DNA of 46,555 nucleotides, from contig JAZAMN010000074.1 of NCBI GenBank assembly GCA_036229005.1, positions 1 to 46,555 of the forward strand. The letters run 5' to 3'. Below, piece after piece: positions 9,716 to 18,863 of the stretch. Under the pieces are notes generated by a model. That model was not told the DNA's origin, did not search any database, and saw only the letters and a list, made by a program, of their open reading frames with translations. The DNA is from Myxococcota bacterium. Its GTDB lineage: Bacteria > Myxococcota_A > UBA796 > CAJQPC01. Each line of letters begins with the position of its first letter. Position 1 is the stretch's first letter. Both the position numbers and the translations under genes were made by a program.

Positions 9716-10600
9716 TCAGCTCTCTTCGACCCCCAGGATCTCCCCGGCGGGCCGTCCCCTGAGGATGGCGCCGGGCTTTTTCTTGGGCGCTGCGGGCTCG
9801 CCGCCGGGCAGCTCCTTCATGGCGCGCACCGCCTCCGCCCGCACCCGCTCCGGCAGGTTGGAGGTGCCGGCGATGAAGGCGAGATCCTGCCGCATCAGCG
9901 TGCGCATCAGGCGCTCGGCGATGGGGTGGGGCGTGCGGGGGTTGCAGGCCAGCGCCTTGCGCACGTGGTAGCGCTGGGCCCACTTGGGGTGCTTGGCGAC
10001 GACCTCCAGGCAGTCGGGGTTGGCCGGGCGCATCGCGGAGATGCGGACCACGTCCCGCTCGGTGATCACGCCGTTGTTGAGCAGCAGCGCGATGACCTGG
10101 GGGTTCCGGTCCCGCATGAGCCGGTCCAGGGTGTCCCGATCGCGACCCCTTGCGGCGGCCTTGCGGCGGCCCAGGGAGACCTCCAGGTGGGGGTTCTCGG
10201 GGCCGGCCTCCTCGGCCAGGATCCCGCGCGGGTCGTGGGGGCTGCTCAGGAAGAGGGCGCAGATCTCGGGCTGCCCGGCGCCGTGGGCGATGGCGTGCAG
10301 ATCCTGGATGCGCTCGTAGGGCATGCGCGCGAAGAGCTGGGCGTTGAGCGCGAGCTCCATGGCCACCCGGCGGTAGCGGGCGTTGCCGCCGCGGCCGCGC
10401 TTGGAGAGCAGCGCCAGGGTGGCCACGAGGGTGGCGTCGTCGACGCTGCGGAAGAAGGTGTCCAGCACCTCGGGCAGCAGGCTGCGGTCCGGCTGGGCGG
10501 CGATGCGCCGGCTGAGCACATCCGCGAGGACCGAGGCGGGGCCCTGCTCCTGGGTCAGGAGGGCGCGGGCGCGGGCGGTGGCCTGTTCGATTCCCTGCAT
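9716..10600 (-). CDS. Hypothetical protein with LRV/HEAT-like helical repeats
   Basis: DRNPQVIALLLNN and YHVRKALACNPRTP resemble leucine-rich-variant repeats; GC3-biased frame. Confidence 0.6.
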   Translation of the reverse strand: MQGIEQATARARALLTQEQGPASVLADVLSRRIAAQPDRSLLPEVLDTFFRSVDDATLVATLALLSKRGRGGNARYRRVAMELALNAQLFARMPYERIQDLHAIAHGAGQPEICALFLSSPHDPRGILAEEAGPENPHLEVSLGRRKAAARGRDRDTLDRLMRDRNPQVIALLLNNGVITERDVVRISAMRPANPDCLEVVAKHPKWAQRYHVRKALACNPRTPHPIAERLMRTLMRQDLAFIAGTSNLPERVRAEAVRAMKELPGGEPAAPKKKPGAILRGRPAGEILGVEES

Positions 10601-10619
10601 CGGCGCTATTGTAGGGGGG

Positions 10620-10853
10620 ATGAGCGCCTCTCCGCAGTCCGGATCCAAGACGGGTGTCCTCGCTGGCGGCGGGGTGGCGTTGCTGTTGTTGGTCGGCCTT
10701 GGGGTCTGGTTGGTGTGGCCGAGCCCGCCAGAGGAGCCCGAGGTCCTCCCCGACGGAGACACCGGCATGAGCATCGAGGCGCAGGAGCGCCTGGCCTTCG
10801 AGATCGGGTACCTCAAGCAGGAGGCCCCGCCGGCAGAAGAGGGCAGCGACTGA
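10620..10853 (+). CDS. Small single-TM hypothetical protein
   Basis: ATG at 10620; TM segment GVALLLLVGLGVWLVW and acidic tail; stop abuts the next gene start at 10854. Confidence 0.6.
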   Translation: MSASPQSGSKTGVLAGGGVALLLLVGLGVWLVWPSPPEEPEVLPDGDTGMSIEAQERLAFEIGYLKQEAPPAEEGSD

Positions 10854-11777
10854 GTGGAGCGCGTGTTCTGGTTCCTCTTTGGGGGGATCTCCACCGCCCT
10901 GGTGGGGGGCGTGCAGCTCGCGATGCTGGAGCTCCCGGAGCCCCCGCCGGCCCCTGAGGTCGCGGTCGAGGCCGAGGTGATCGCCGTTCCCCCCAAGCCC
11001 CAGGGCGCCGAGTCCGAGGGAGAGGGGGAGGGCGCTCGCTACACGGAAGAGGCCTGCCGCAAGCACCAGGGCGACTACCGCGAGGCCTGCTTCCACGGAC
11101 TGGCCCTGCAGAGAGCGGAGCGGGACCCCGAGGGCGCACTGGCGGCCTGTGCGGAGCTGCCCGAGGGCGCCGCGCGCTGGGAGTGCCAGTCGGACGTGGC
11201 CGAGATCCACAGCCGCATCGAGCCGGTCTGGAGCGAGACGCTGTGCCCGACCATCCCCTCGCGCAAGTGGCGGGACCAGTGCTTCTTTGGCATCGCGCTG
11301 GCCTGGTCGGTCCACGACTTCGACTACGCGCGGGACACCTGTGAGCAGGCCGGCCAGTTCAAGAACTTCTGCCGCCACGACGTCAACGGCGAGATCGCCC
11401 AGGTGGCGCCGCAGGCGGCCCTGCAGTGGTGCCACGAGCCCCACGACTTCCCCCGCAAGTGGTGCTACCACGGGCTCGGCAAGTACCTGGGCCGCACCGA
11501 CCCGCCCGTGGCCACCGCCACCTGCCTGGAGGTCCCCGAGAAGGAGGGCTGGCGCGAGCAGTGCTTTCACGGGCTGGGCTGGGCCCTGGCCGAGCAGGAC
11601 GCCGACGACGCGCTGCTGAGCTGCCGTGAGGCCCCCTCCGAGATGCAGGACTCCTGCTACATGGGCGTGAGCGCGAACATGCGGCGCTTCGACGCCCAGC
11701 GCTCCCTGGAGATCTGCGAGCTGGTGCGCGACCGCGACGACCACCGCGGCTGCGTGCACTTTGCGCGGGGCGGATAG
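10854..11777 (+). CDS. Membrane-anchored Cys-rich helical repeat protein (CxHGL/CxxGxA repeats)
   Basis: N-terminal TM; about 7 repeats such as ACFHGLA, QCFFGIA, WCYHGLG, QCFHGLG, SCYMGVS. Confidence 0.75.
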   Translation: MERVFWFLFGGISTALVGGVQLAMLELPEPPPAPEVAVEAEVIAVPPKPQGAESEGEGEGARYTEEACRKHQGDYREACFHGLALQRAERDPEGALAACAELPEGAARWECQSDVAEIHSRIEPVWSETLCPTIPSRKWRDQCFFGIALAWSVHDFDYARDTCEQAGQFKNFCRHDVNGEIAQVAPQAALQWCHEPHDFPRKWCYHGLGKYLGRTDPPVATATCLEVPEKEGWREQCFHGLGWALAEQDADDALLSCREAPSEMQDSCYMGVSANMRRFDAQRSLEICELVRDRDDHRGCVHFARGG

Positions 11778-11786
11778 CCCGGGCCG

Positions 11787-14777
11787 CTACTCCGCGGTGA
11801 GCGCGCGGATGTGGACGTCGGCGACCAGCCAGGTGTGGTTCGATGAGAAGGTCTGGAACCAGACGCGCAGTCGGGCCCCGACGCCGTGCTCTTTTGCGGC
11901 CATCAGGACGCTGCGCGGGAAGCGGGGGCCGCCGGGGCGGAGCTGTCTTCCGGAGATCCAGTCCGGCAACTCCTGCGGCCAGCTCTTCTCTCCGAGCCGC
12001 GCCGCGCCGGGCGTGCCGTTGGGGTACCAGACCACAAAGTCCAGCTCCACCTGGGCCGCGTCCTGCAGCAGCAGCGCCGGGTCGCCGGGCTCCAGGACCG
12101 TGATTGCGAGCTCCTCGTCCAGCAGCTCCGCGGTCAGCGGCGGGCCACAGCGCTCTACCGGTGCCATTGCCTGCCAGGTGCTCTTCCAGGCCTCGTACTC
12201 CGGCGTCTCCAGCCGGGGGGGGTCTGCGGGCAGGCTCTCCGGGAGGAAGAAGGGCGAGGGGGTGTCCACGCTCAGTCGGCCCACCTTCTCAAGGCCGCTC
12301 TCCTTCAGCACCCGCGCCTCACAGCTCTGCGTCGGCGAGGACAACAGCAGCCGCTCCACAGTCCACTCGCCGCGCCCGGCCAGGGGCTCGCCGCAGAGCT
12401 CGACCAGGGTGTCTCCCTTCTCCAGCCAGTGCTCCTCGATGCAGACCCCGGCGACCACCTGCAGACCGTAGGGCGTCGGCTCCAGGATGGCGTTGATGCC
12501 GCGCTGTTCGTGGATGGTGGGCCCCTGCTGGACGATGTGGTGCTCGCCGGGGGCCACCCGCTGCATCCAGCCCTGCCCCCAGACCCAGAGCGGCCAGCCG
12601 GGGTCGGGGATCTGCACGCGGCCGGCAAGGTCCGTCTCCAGGTACAGCGTTCGGGTGTAGTGGGGGAGCTCGCCCCACACAGGCTCCTGGCCGTCCAGCG
12701 CGACGCTGATCTGGGCCCCGACGACGGGGAGCCCGTCTTGGCCCAGGACCCGGACACTGCTGGTCGCGGGCTGGGGATCGGCGGTCAGCCAGATCACCTG
12801 TGGGCTGTCGTTGTCGATCCGAATGGGGGTCGCGTGCTCGGAGGTCAGCACTGCGCCCTCCCAGGTCCCTGGGCCCAAGTGGAACCCGGCATAGTCCCCT
12901 CGGATGTCGACGATCTCGGAGGCGCTGCCCTGGCGAAGGACCAGCATCTCGTCGGGCTCGGTTCCGGCGACTTGCCGGTAGCGGTGCCGGCCGACCTCGG
13001 TTGTCTGCCCGTCGACGTCCGTCCAGGCCAGGACCCCCCGGCTGTAGGTCTGCGGGGCTCCGGAGAAGTCGAGGCCAGCCGCGCCCCTGGGCTCGCCGAG
13101 CGTCTCCAAGACGACCGCTCCGGACGCGGGGACGCTCTGTTGGGACCTCCACTGACGGGTGATGGGGACCTCTCGGGCGTGGAAGGTCACCTGGGCGCCA
13201 ACGAGCAGACCGGGAACCGCCACGCTGCAGTCGGGGTGCAAGGGGGTCCAGTTCGGGTGGCGGTACAGGGCAGTGGCGGCGGTCTCCACAGCGCCAGCGC
13301 AGCCGGGGAGGGTGAGCGGAACCGAGCGGACCTGGGGGGTCAGGCTCAGGCTCTCACCGGGCCGGGGGGCGGGGACAGTGTATGTCTGGAACCTCGGGAC
13401 CCCAGGCACGGTGTCCTCGCTGATGAGGGTGATTGCGAGGAACTCCACGTGGTCACCGACCCAGACGGTGTGGGTGGATCCGGGGGAGCCGAGCGGCCTT
13501 GTGTGCCCGGAGGAGGAGAGTCGGGACGACTGGAGCTCCAGGGACTGGCCCTCCAACAGCTCGGGCACCGTGATCTCCACCCGCCCGTAGGCCTCCCAGC
13601 CGCCCGGGGGCGTCATCTCCCTGGGGGCTCCGGCGGGGTGGGGGTGGAAGAGGAGGCCGGCGGAGCTGAAGCAGTAGGCGCCGCCCTCACCCCAGGACAC
13701 CCGACTGCAGCGCAAGGGGGTGTCAACGCTCGCCTCAAGCGAGGACAGGTCAATCAGGACCTGGTCGATCAGCAGAGTGCTGCCGTCGGGGGACAAGGCG
13801 GCAGGCCCGGTGACCGGGAAGGTCGCCAGGAATTCGCCGTCCGCGCTATAGAGCCAGCTCTTGCTGCGGTTCTGGACGAGGACGCGCTCGGCGCTGAGGA
13901 GGGTGAGCTGGCCGTGCTGCTCCAGGACGCGGTCGGGCGTGTCGGCGCGGAGGACTCGGATCTCGCCTTGCTGGGTGATGGCGCCGGTCTGGCGGTCGCT
14001 GCGCTCCGCCCGGTTGAGCCAGATGGACTCGCCGATCAATCTGACGTAGCTGTAGCTCTCGGTGTAGTCGGCCAGCGCGCGCACCAGCCAGCTTGGGTCG
14101 GTGGGCGCGGGCGCGTCCGGGGCGCAGACCAAGGGCTCGGGGCACCAGTCCTGGGGCGGCGTGACCTCGCCGGTGTCGATGTGCCACAGAAAGGGCTGTC
14201 GATCGAAGGTCTCCATCAGCCGCCCGGTCTGCCCGGCTGAACTTCCGGTGTAGGCGCTGAGCCAGACCGACTCCGCACCCCGGTCCAGGCTGGTACCGGC
14301 GTGGACCCGCTTGACGCTCCAGCGCCCGACGGGGTCATCCTGGAGGTGGCCCATCCACGGCTCTTCCAGCAGCGACCAGCCTGGGGGCAGGAAGAGGGCC
14401 TCGTCCACGCTGCAGCCGCGCTCCTCGCAGTGATTCTGGGCGTCCTTGATCGCCGAATCCGCCGGGACATTGGCCTGCACCCAGGCGCAGGTCTCCGCCC
14501 CACCCGCCACACAGCCCTGGACCAGGGGGACTGTGTCCTCCCTCCGGGGGCGCTCGGGCAGGGCCTGGATCAGCGCGGAACAGGCCGGATCGTGGCCCAG
14601 CGTGCAGCCCTCCAGGCGCAGGCTCTCGGCCCGGGCGCTCAACGCGCCGTCCTCCAACGGGAGGCTCTGGGTGAGCTGCCAGCAGGCAGCCCCGTCTCCG
14701 TCCGCGCAGGCGTCCCAGGGGGCGGAGTCGAAGGCGAGCGCGGCGGGCGTCAACAGGCTCAGGAGGGTGGGGATCAC
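11787..14777 (-). CDS. Large secreted multidomain protein (Sel1/Hcp-like Cys repeats, propeller-like region, possible PDZ-like segment)
   Basis: GTG at 14777 overlaps the upstream stop (GTGA); signal peptide MIPTLLSLLTPAALA; CADGDGAAC, CTLGHDPAC and CVAGGAETC repeats; LEKGDTLVELCGEPL resembles PDZ. Confidence 0.6.
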   Translation of the reverse strand: MIPTLLSLLTPAALAFDSAPWDACADGDGAACWQLTQSLPLEDGALSARAESLRLEGCTLGHDPACSALIQALPERPRREDTVPLVQGCVAGGAETCAWVQANVPADSAIKDAQNHCEERGCSVDEALFLPPGWSLLEEPWMGHLQDDPVGRWSVKRVHAGTSLDRGAESVWLSAYTGSSAGQTGRLMETFDRQPFLWHIDTGEVTPPQDWCPEPLVCAPDAPAPTDPSWLVRALADYTESYSYVRLIGESIWLNRAERSDRQTGAITQQGEIRVLRADTPDRVLEQHGQLTLLSAERVLVQNRSKSWLYSADGEFLATFPVTGPAALSPDGSTLLIDQVLIDLSSLEASVDTPLRCSRVSWGEGGAYCFSSAGLLFHPHPAGAPREMTPPGGWEAYGRVEITVPELLEGQSLELQSSRLSSSGHTRPLGSPGSTHTVWVGDHVEFLAITLISEDTVPGVPRFQTYTVPAPRPGESLSLTPQVRSVPLTLPGCAGAVETAATALYRHPNWTPLHPDCSVAVPGLLVGAQVTFHAREVPITRQWRSQQSVPASGAVVLETLGEPRGAAGLDFSGAPQTYSRGVLAWTDVDGQTTEVGRHRYRQVAGTEPDEMLVLRQGSASEIVDIRGDYAGFHLGPGTWEGAVLTSEHATPIRIDNDSPQVIWLTADPQPATSSVRVLGQDGLPVVGAQISVALDGQEPVWGELPHYTRTLYLETDLAGRVQIPDPGWPLWVWGQGWMQRVAPGEHHIVQQGPTIHEQRGINAILEPTPYGLQVVAGVCIEEHWLEKGDTLVELCGEPLAGRGEWTVERLLLSSPTQSCEARVLKESGLEKVGRLSVDTPSPFFLPESLPADPPRLETPEYEAWKSTWQAMAPVERCGPPLTAELLDEELAITVLEPGDPALLLQDAAQVELDFVVWYPNGTPGAARLGEKSWPQELPDWISGRQLRPGGPRFPRSVLMAAKEHGVGARLRVWFQTFSSNHTWLVADVHIRALTAE

Positions 14778-16030
14778 TGGGCACCTCCGGCGAGGCCTGG
14801 GGTCTTGAGGGCGCGGACGAAGCCGTCGTGGCTGGCGACGACCAGCTCCACGCGGCCGTTGCCGGTCAGGTCGGCGGCGAGCACGGGGGCCTCGATGGCG
14901 GCGGGGGCGCTCCAGGACCAGAGGAGCTGGCCCCGCTGGTCGAGCGCGAGGACCTGTCCGCCCTCCGTGGCAACGATGACCTCGCTGGCGCCGTCCCCGT
15001 CTACGTCTGCGAGGGTGGGGGTCGAGCTGATGCGTTGGGCCAAGATGGGGACGGACCACACCACCTCTCCTTCCAGGCTCACGCAGCTCACGTTGGCGTC
15101 TGTGCGCGAGCGAGGAATGACCAGGCACTGGGCCTCCGCCCACCAGGTGAAGGTGTGGACGCGGCCGTTGAGTGCGCCGGGTGTGCTGTAGAGCAGCTTC
15201 GGCTTGCCGGTGGCGCCGTCGGCGATGACCACGGTGGAGCCGAAGGCGCTGAGGACCTCGGGCTGGCCGTCGCCGTCGACGTCGACGATCTGCGGGCTGG
15301 CCTCGTAGTAGTACGATTTGTGGCGCCAGAGTTCGGTCTGGGTGGCGCCGTCGAGCGCGATGAGCAGGTGGCTGTGGCGCCCGGCGACCACCAGATCCTG
15401 GACGCCGTCGCCGTTCAGATCCCCGGAGGCGACCTGGGAGAAGGCCTTCTCGAAGTCCCGCGCGGGGGTGAGCTGGGAGACGCCGGAGCCTTCGACCGGT
15501 GGATAGGGCTTGAGGGTGCCCGTGGCGACGCTGGGGTCGACCACGCTCAGGTGGCGGCTGCGCTCGGGGGCGCCCAGGATCCGGGGGCCATCGGGGCTCT
15601 CCCAGAGCGTGGGGGGAAACTCGATGTCGGCGCTCTGGAACACCTGCCAGAGCAGCTCCCCGTCGCGGTTCCAGCTCAGCATCCCGTTCTGGTCTGTGCT
15701 GACGGTCCAGCCGGCGTCGGTGACCAGCACGCCGTTGACGTCGGACTCCTTGGCCGCCTCGGAGGGGGGCACGGTGAGCTGCTGGAGCGGGCGCCCCTTG
15801 GCGGCGTCCAGGACCCAGAGGCCGTCGAGGGGATCGGGGCCTTCGCCCCAGGTCTCGCCGTTGGAGGGGACCAGGAGCTGGCGGCCGTCCAGCACCATGG
15901 GAGAGCGCCAGCTCAGGCGGCCGACCTGGGCCTCCCAGAGCACGCGGGGGCCGCGGATGAGGGCGTCGCCGGGGTCCCCGGGGGGGAGGGCGGTGGTGGT
16001 GGGCGCGCAGGCCAGGGTGAGCAGCAGCAA
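14774..16030 (-). CDS. Lipoprotein with PQQ-like/FG-GAP beta-propeller repeats
   Basis: MLLLTLAC lipobox; GDLNGDGVQDLVV, DVDGDGQPEVL, DVDGDGASEVIV, DLTGNGRVELVV; G-x-x-x-W blade motifs; TTG start with GGAG RBS. Confidence 0.85.
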   Translation of the reverse strand: MLLLTLACAPTTTALPPGDPGDALIRGPRVLWEAQVGRLSWRSPMVLDGRQLLVPSNGETWGEGPDPLDGLWVLDAAKGRPLQQLTVPPSEAAKESDVNGVLVTDAGWTVSTDQNGMLSWNRDGELLWQVFQSADIEFPPTLWESPDGPRILGAPERSRHLSVVDPSVATGTLKPYPPVEGSGVSQLTPARDFEKAFSQVASGDLNGDGVQDLVVAGRHSHLLIALDGATQTELWRHKSYYYEASPQIVDVDGDGQPEVLSAFGSTVVIADGATGKPKLLYSTPGALNGRVHTFTWWAEAQCLVIPRSRTDANVSCVSLEGEVVWSVPILAQRISSTPTLADVDGDGASEVIVATEGGQVLALDQRGQLLWSWSAPAAIEAPVLAADLTGNGRVELVVASHDGFVRALKTPGLAGGAQ

Positions 16031-16109
16031 GGGAGACTCCAGGGCCGCTGAGGACGGACCACGCAGCCCTTTATTCGTCTAAACTGCCAGGACCTCCTTG
16101 AGGATGCCG

Positions 16110-16553
16110 ATGCCCAAGTACCGCCAGTGCCCAAGCTGTCTCCGACACACCGCGCGCGAGCAGAGCGCCTGCGCCCACTGCGGGGCCGAGGGAGCCCAGA
16201 GCACCGGGAGCCTGTCGCTGGGTGGGCGCTCGAGCGCGCTGGCTGCGGCGCTGGGCGTGTCGTTGGCCCTGGGGGCCTGCGGAGCCAAGGAGGAGCCCAA
16301 GGGCACTCCCGCGGCTGAAGTCCCGGCCCCGGCGCCTGAGACCGAGGATGAGGCGGCACCCGAGACCGAGGATGCCGCCCCCGAGGAAGAGGCCGAGGAC
16401 GACAAGGCACCGGAGGACGACGAGGCCCCCGAGGACAAGAAGCCCGAGGAGGACACCATCGAGGTCGGCGAGATCCAGCCCGCGGTCTACGGTGGCCCCC
16501 CGGTGGACCAGCCCGAGCCCGCTCCGGCGCCCCCGACCCCGCCCTCGGAGTAG
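16110..16553 (+). CDS. Zn-ribbon/lipobox protein with a C-terminal VYGGPP motif; candidate substrate of the adjacent radical SAM enzyme
   Basis: CPSC-x10-CAHC, then hydrophobic SALAAALGVSLALGAC, an acidic low-complexity linker and QPAVYGGPP; GAGG 6 nt upstream of ATG 16110; 9 nt gap to the rSAM gene. Confidence 0.75.
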   Translation: MPKYRQCPSCLRHTAREQSACAHCGAEGAQSTGSLSLGGRSSALAAALGVSLALGACGAKEEPKGTPAAEVPAPAPETEDEAAPETEDAAPEEEAEDDKAPEDDEAPEDKKPEEDTIEVGEIQPAVYGGPPVDQPEPAPAPPTPPSE

Positions 16554-16562
16554 CCCCCAGCG

Positions 16563-17864
16563 GTGGCGCGCTACGCACGAGAGGTACGCAGCGGCGAGCC
16601 GGTCCACCCGGTCTACTGCGTCTGGGAGATCACCCTGGCCTGCGATCTGGGCTGCAAGCACTGCGGCTCCCGCGCGGGTCAGGCGCGCCCCCAGGAGCTC
16701 AGCACCGAGGCCTGCCTGCGGGTGGTCGCGGAGCTGCACGAGATCGGCGTCCGCGAGGTCACGCTGATCGGCGGGGAGGCCTACCTGCGCGAGGACTGGG
16801 ACCAGATCGCCGCGGAGATCACCCGCCTGGGGATGCGCTGCAGCATCACCACTGGGGCCCGGAACCTGGACCAGGAGCGGGTGGACCGGGCTGTCGCTGC
16901 GGGCGTCGGTGCCGTCTCGATCTCGGTGGACGGTCTGCAGGCCACCCACGACGCCCAGCGCGGGCCCAAGGGCTCCTTCCAGGCCGCCATCCAGGCCGCG
17001 AGGCGGGTCGCCGCGTCCAGGATCCAGCTCGGCTTCAACACCCAGGTCAACCGCCTGTCGCTGCCCGAGCTCCCGGCCATCGCCGACCTGCTCGTGGAGA
17101 CCGGAGGCCGCGCCTGGCAGCTCCAGATCACCACCCCCATGGGGCGCGCCGCCGACCGCCCCGACCTGCTGCTCCAGCCCTACGAGCTGCTGGAGCTCTT
17201 CCCGCTGCTGGTCTGGATCAAGCAGGCCAAGCTGGACCCCAACGGTGTGCGCCTCTTCCCGGGCAACAACATCGGCTACTTCTCGCCCTACGAGGCCCTG
17301 CTGCGCCACAACGGCGACCAGGGCGTGCACTGGAACGCCTGCTCCGCCGGCAAGTGGACCCTGGGCCTGGAGGCCGACGGCAAGATCAAGGGCTGCCCGT
17401 CGCTCCCCAGCGGCCCCTACACCGGCGGCATCCTGGGCCAGGACCGCATCCAGGACGTGCTCGACCACGCCCCCCAGCTCACCCACCTGCGCGAGCGCGG
17501 CGTCGAGGACCTCTGGGGCTTCTGCCGCGGCTGCTACTACGCCGAGACCTGCAAGGGCGGCTGCTCGTGGATGGCCAGCACCCTGTTCGGGCGCACGGGC
17601 AACAACCCCTACTGCATCCACCGGGCCCTGGACTTCGAGCAGCGGGGCCTCCGCGAGCGCGTGGTCCGCGTGCAGGCCGCCCCCGGGGAGCCCTTCGACT
17701 TTGGCCGCTTCGAGATCCGGGTCGAGGGGCTCGAGTCCACCTCCGAGCTGGAGGGCCCACCGACCCTGCTGGGGATCGACCCCGGACAGGCCGTGACGCT
17801 GGATCCCACCAGCGAGGGACTCTGGGCGCAGACCGAGCTGCGCGCGCGCCTCAAGCGGAGCTGA
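16563..17864 (+). CDS. Radical SAM/SPASM-domain peptide/protein maturase, splicease (PlpX)-like
   Basis: VWEITLACDLGCKHCGSRAG (CxxxCxxC), IGGE; SPASM CSAG...DGKIKGCPSL...CRGCYYAETCKGGC...NNPYC. Confidence 0.9.
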   Translation: MARYAREVRSGEPVHPVYCVWEITLACDLGCKHCGSRAGQARPQELSTEACLRVVAELHEIGVREVTLIGGEAYLREDWDQIAAEITRLGMRCSITTGARNLDQERVDRAVAAGVGAVSISVDGLQATHDAQRGPKGSFQAAIQAARRVAASRIQLGFNTQVNRLSLPELPAIADLLVETGGRAWQLQITTPMGRAADRPDLLLQPYELLELFPLLVWIKQAKLDPNGVRLFPGNNIGYFSPYEALLRHNGDQGVHWNACSAGKWTLGLEADGKIKGCPSLPSGPYTGGILGQDRIQDVLDHAPQLTHLRERGVEDLWGFCRGCYYAETCKGGCSWMASTLFGRTGNNPYCIHRALDFEQRGLRERVVRVQAAPGEPFDFGRFEIRVEGLESTSELEGPPTLLGIDPGQAVTLDPTSEGLWAQTELRARLKRS

Positions 17865-17874
17865 GCCGGTCGGT

Positions 17875-18321
17875 TCAGAGGCTGCTGCGGCTCACCGTCA
17901 CCACCGTCACCTTGTTCTTGCCGGCCTGCTGCGCGGTGAACAGCGCCTTGCGGGTCAGGGCGTAGGGCAGGCTGCCGTCCGCGCGGATCTGGACCTGCTC
18001 GCCGGGGAGCTGCTGCAGGGCGCCGTGCAGCTCGGGGATCAGGGTGTCCGGGTTGTTCAGGTAGTAGCGGGTGCCCGCGATGCGCTGGCCCTCCAGGTAG
18101 AGCCCGTGGGTGGTCAGGTCCACGCTGATGTGGCTCTGGACGGGCTGCTCCGAGGTGCTCATGGGGAGCGAGAACGCGCTGTCCCCGGGGCGCACGGGCG
18201 CGTCCGTCGAGTAGGACTTGAGCAGGAAGACCAGCAGGATGGTCATCAGGTCGACCATCGGGGCCAGCGCCGCGGTGCCCAGCGCGCTGGCGCTGCGGGT
18301 GGGGGGGAGCAGGCGCTTCAC
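17875..18321 (-). CDS. ExbD/TolR family protein (AglS-like)
   Basis: LAPMVDLMTILLVFLLKSY TM with the conserved Asp; IRADGSLPY motif; GTGA coupling to the upstream gene. Confidence 0.88.
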   Translation of the reverse strand: MKRLLPPTRSASALGTAALAPMVDLMTILLVFLLKSYSTDAPVRPGDSAFSLPMSTSEQPVQSHISVDLTTHGLYLEGQRIAGTRYYLNNPDTLIPELHGALQQLPGEQVQIRADGSLPYALTRKALFTAQQAGKNKVTVVTVSRSSL

Positions 18322-18863
18322 GGGGTCGGCTCCAGGGTGTCCTCGCTGGCGGGGGAGGGGGGCACGGGCTGCTGAACGCCCAGGGTGACCAGAGGGTAGA
18401 GATCGCCGCTGCCGTCACGCCGCATCGCGTCCATCAAGTCGACCACCTGGCTGTTGCTGAGGCTGTCAGCGGGGATCAGCGTGGCCCGAGTGCGCTCGGG
18501 ATCCAGCTCCTTGTAGCGGCGCAGGACGCTCTGGAGGGCGACCAGATCGAGCCGCTCGCCGCTTGGGACGATGCGCTCGCTGCGGGCTTCGGTCTCGCCT
18601 TGGCCGGCGCCGAGATCGCTGCGGCGGACCTGGGCGGTGACGCGGAGGCTGGCGTCTTCGTCCACCCAGACGCTGAGGTTCTCGACGGCGCCAGGGGGCT
18701 CGGGGGGCAGATCGGCGGCGCTCCCTGCCAGGCGCAGGTCGATGCCGGCCAGCTTCTGTACCGAGGTGGTCAGCAGCAGAAAGGGCAACAAGAGCAGCAT
18801 CAGCGCCACCACCGACAGCAGGGCGGGGCGTGCGTCGGCGGTGCGCGAGGCCGGGCGGGCCAT
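18318..18863 (-). CDS. ExbD/TolR family protein, divergent
   Basis: TM LLLLPFLLLTT; C-terminal LIPAD....VVDLMDAMR..LYP pattern; sits between exbB-like and exbD-like genes with overlapping start/stop codons. Confidence 0.75.
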   Translation of the reverse strand: MARPASRTADARPALLSVVALMLLLLPFLLLTTSVQKLAGIDLRLAGSAADLPPEPPGAVENLSVWVDEDASLRVTAQVRRSDLGAGQGETEARSERIVPSGERLDLVALQSVLRRYKELDPERTRATLIPADSLSNSQVVDLMDAMRRDGSGDLYPLVTLGVQQPVPPSPASEDTLEPTP

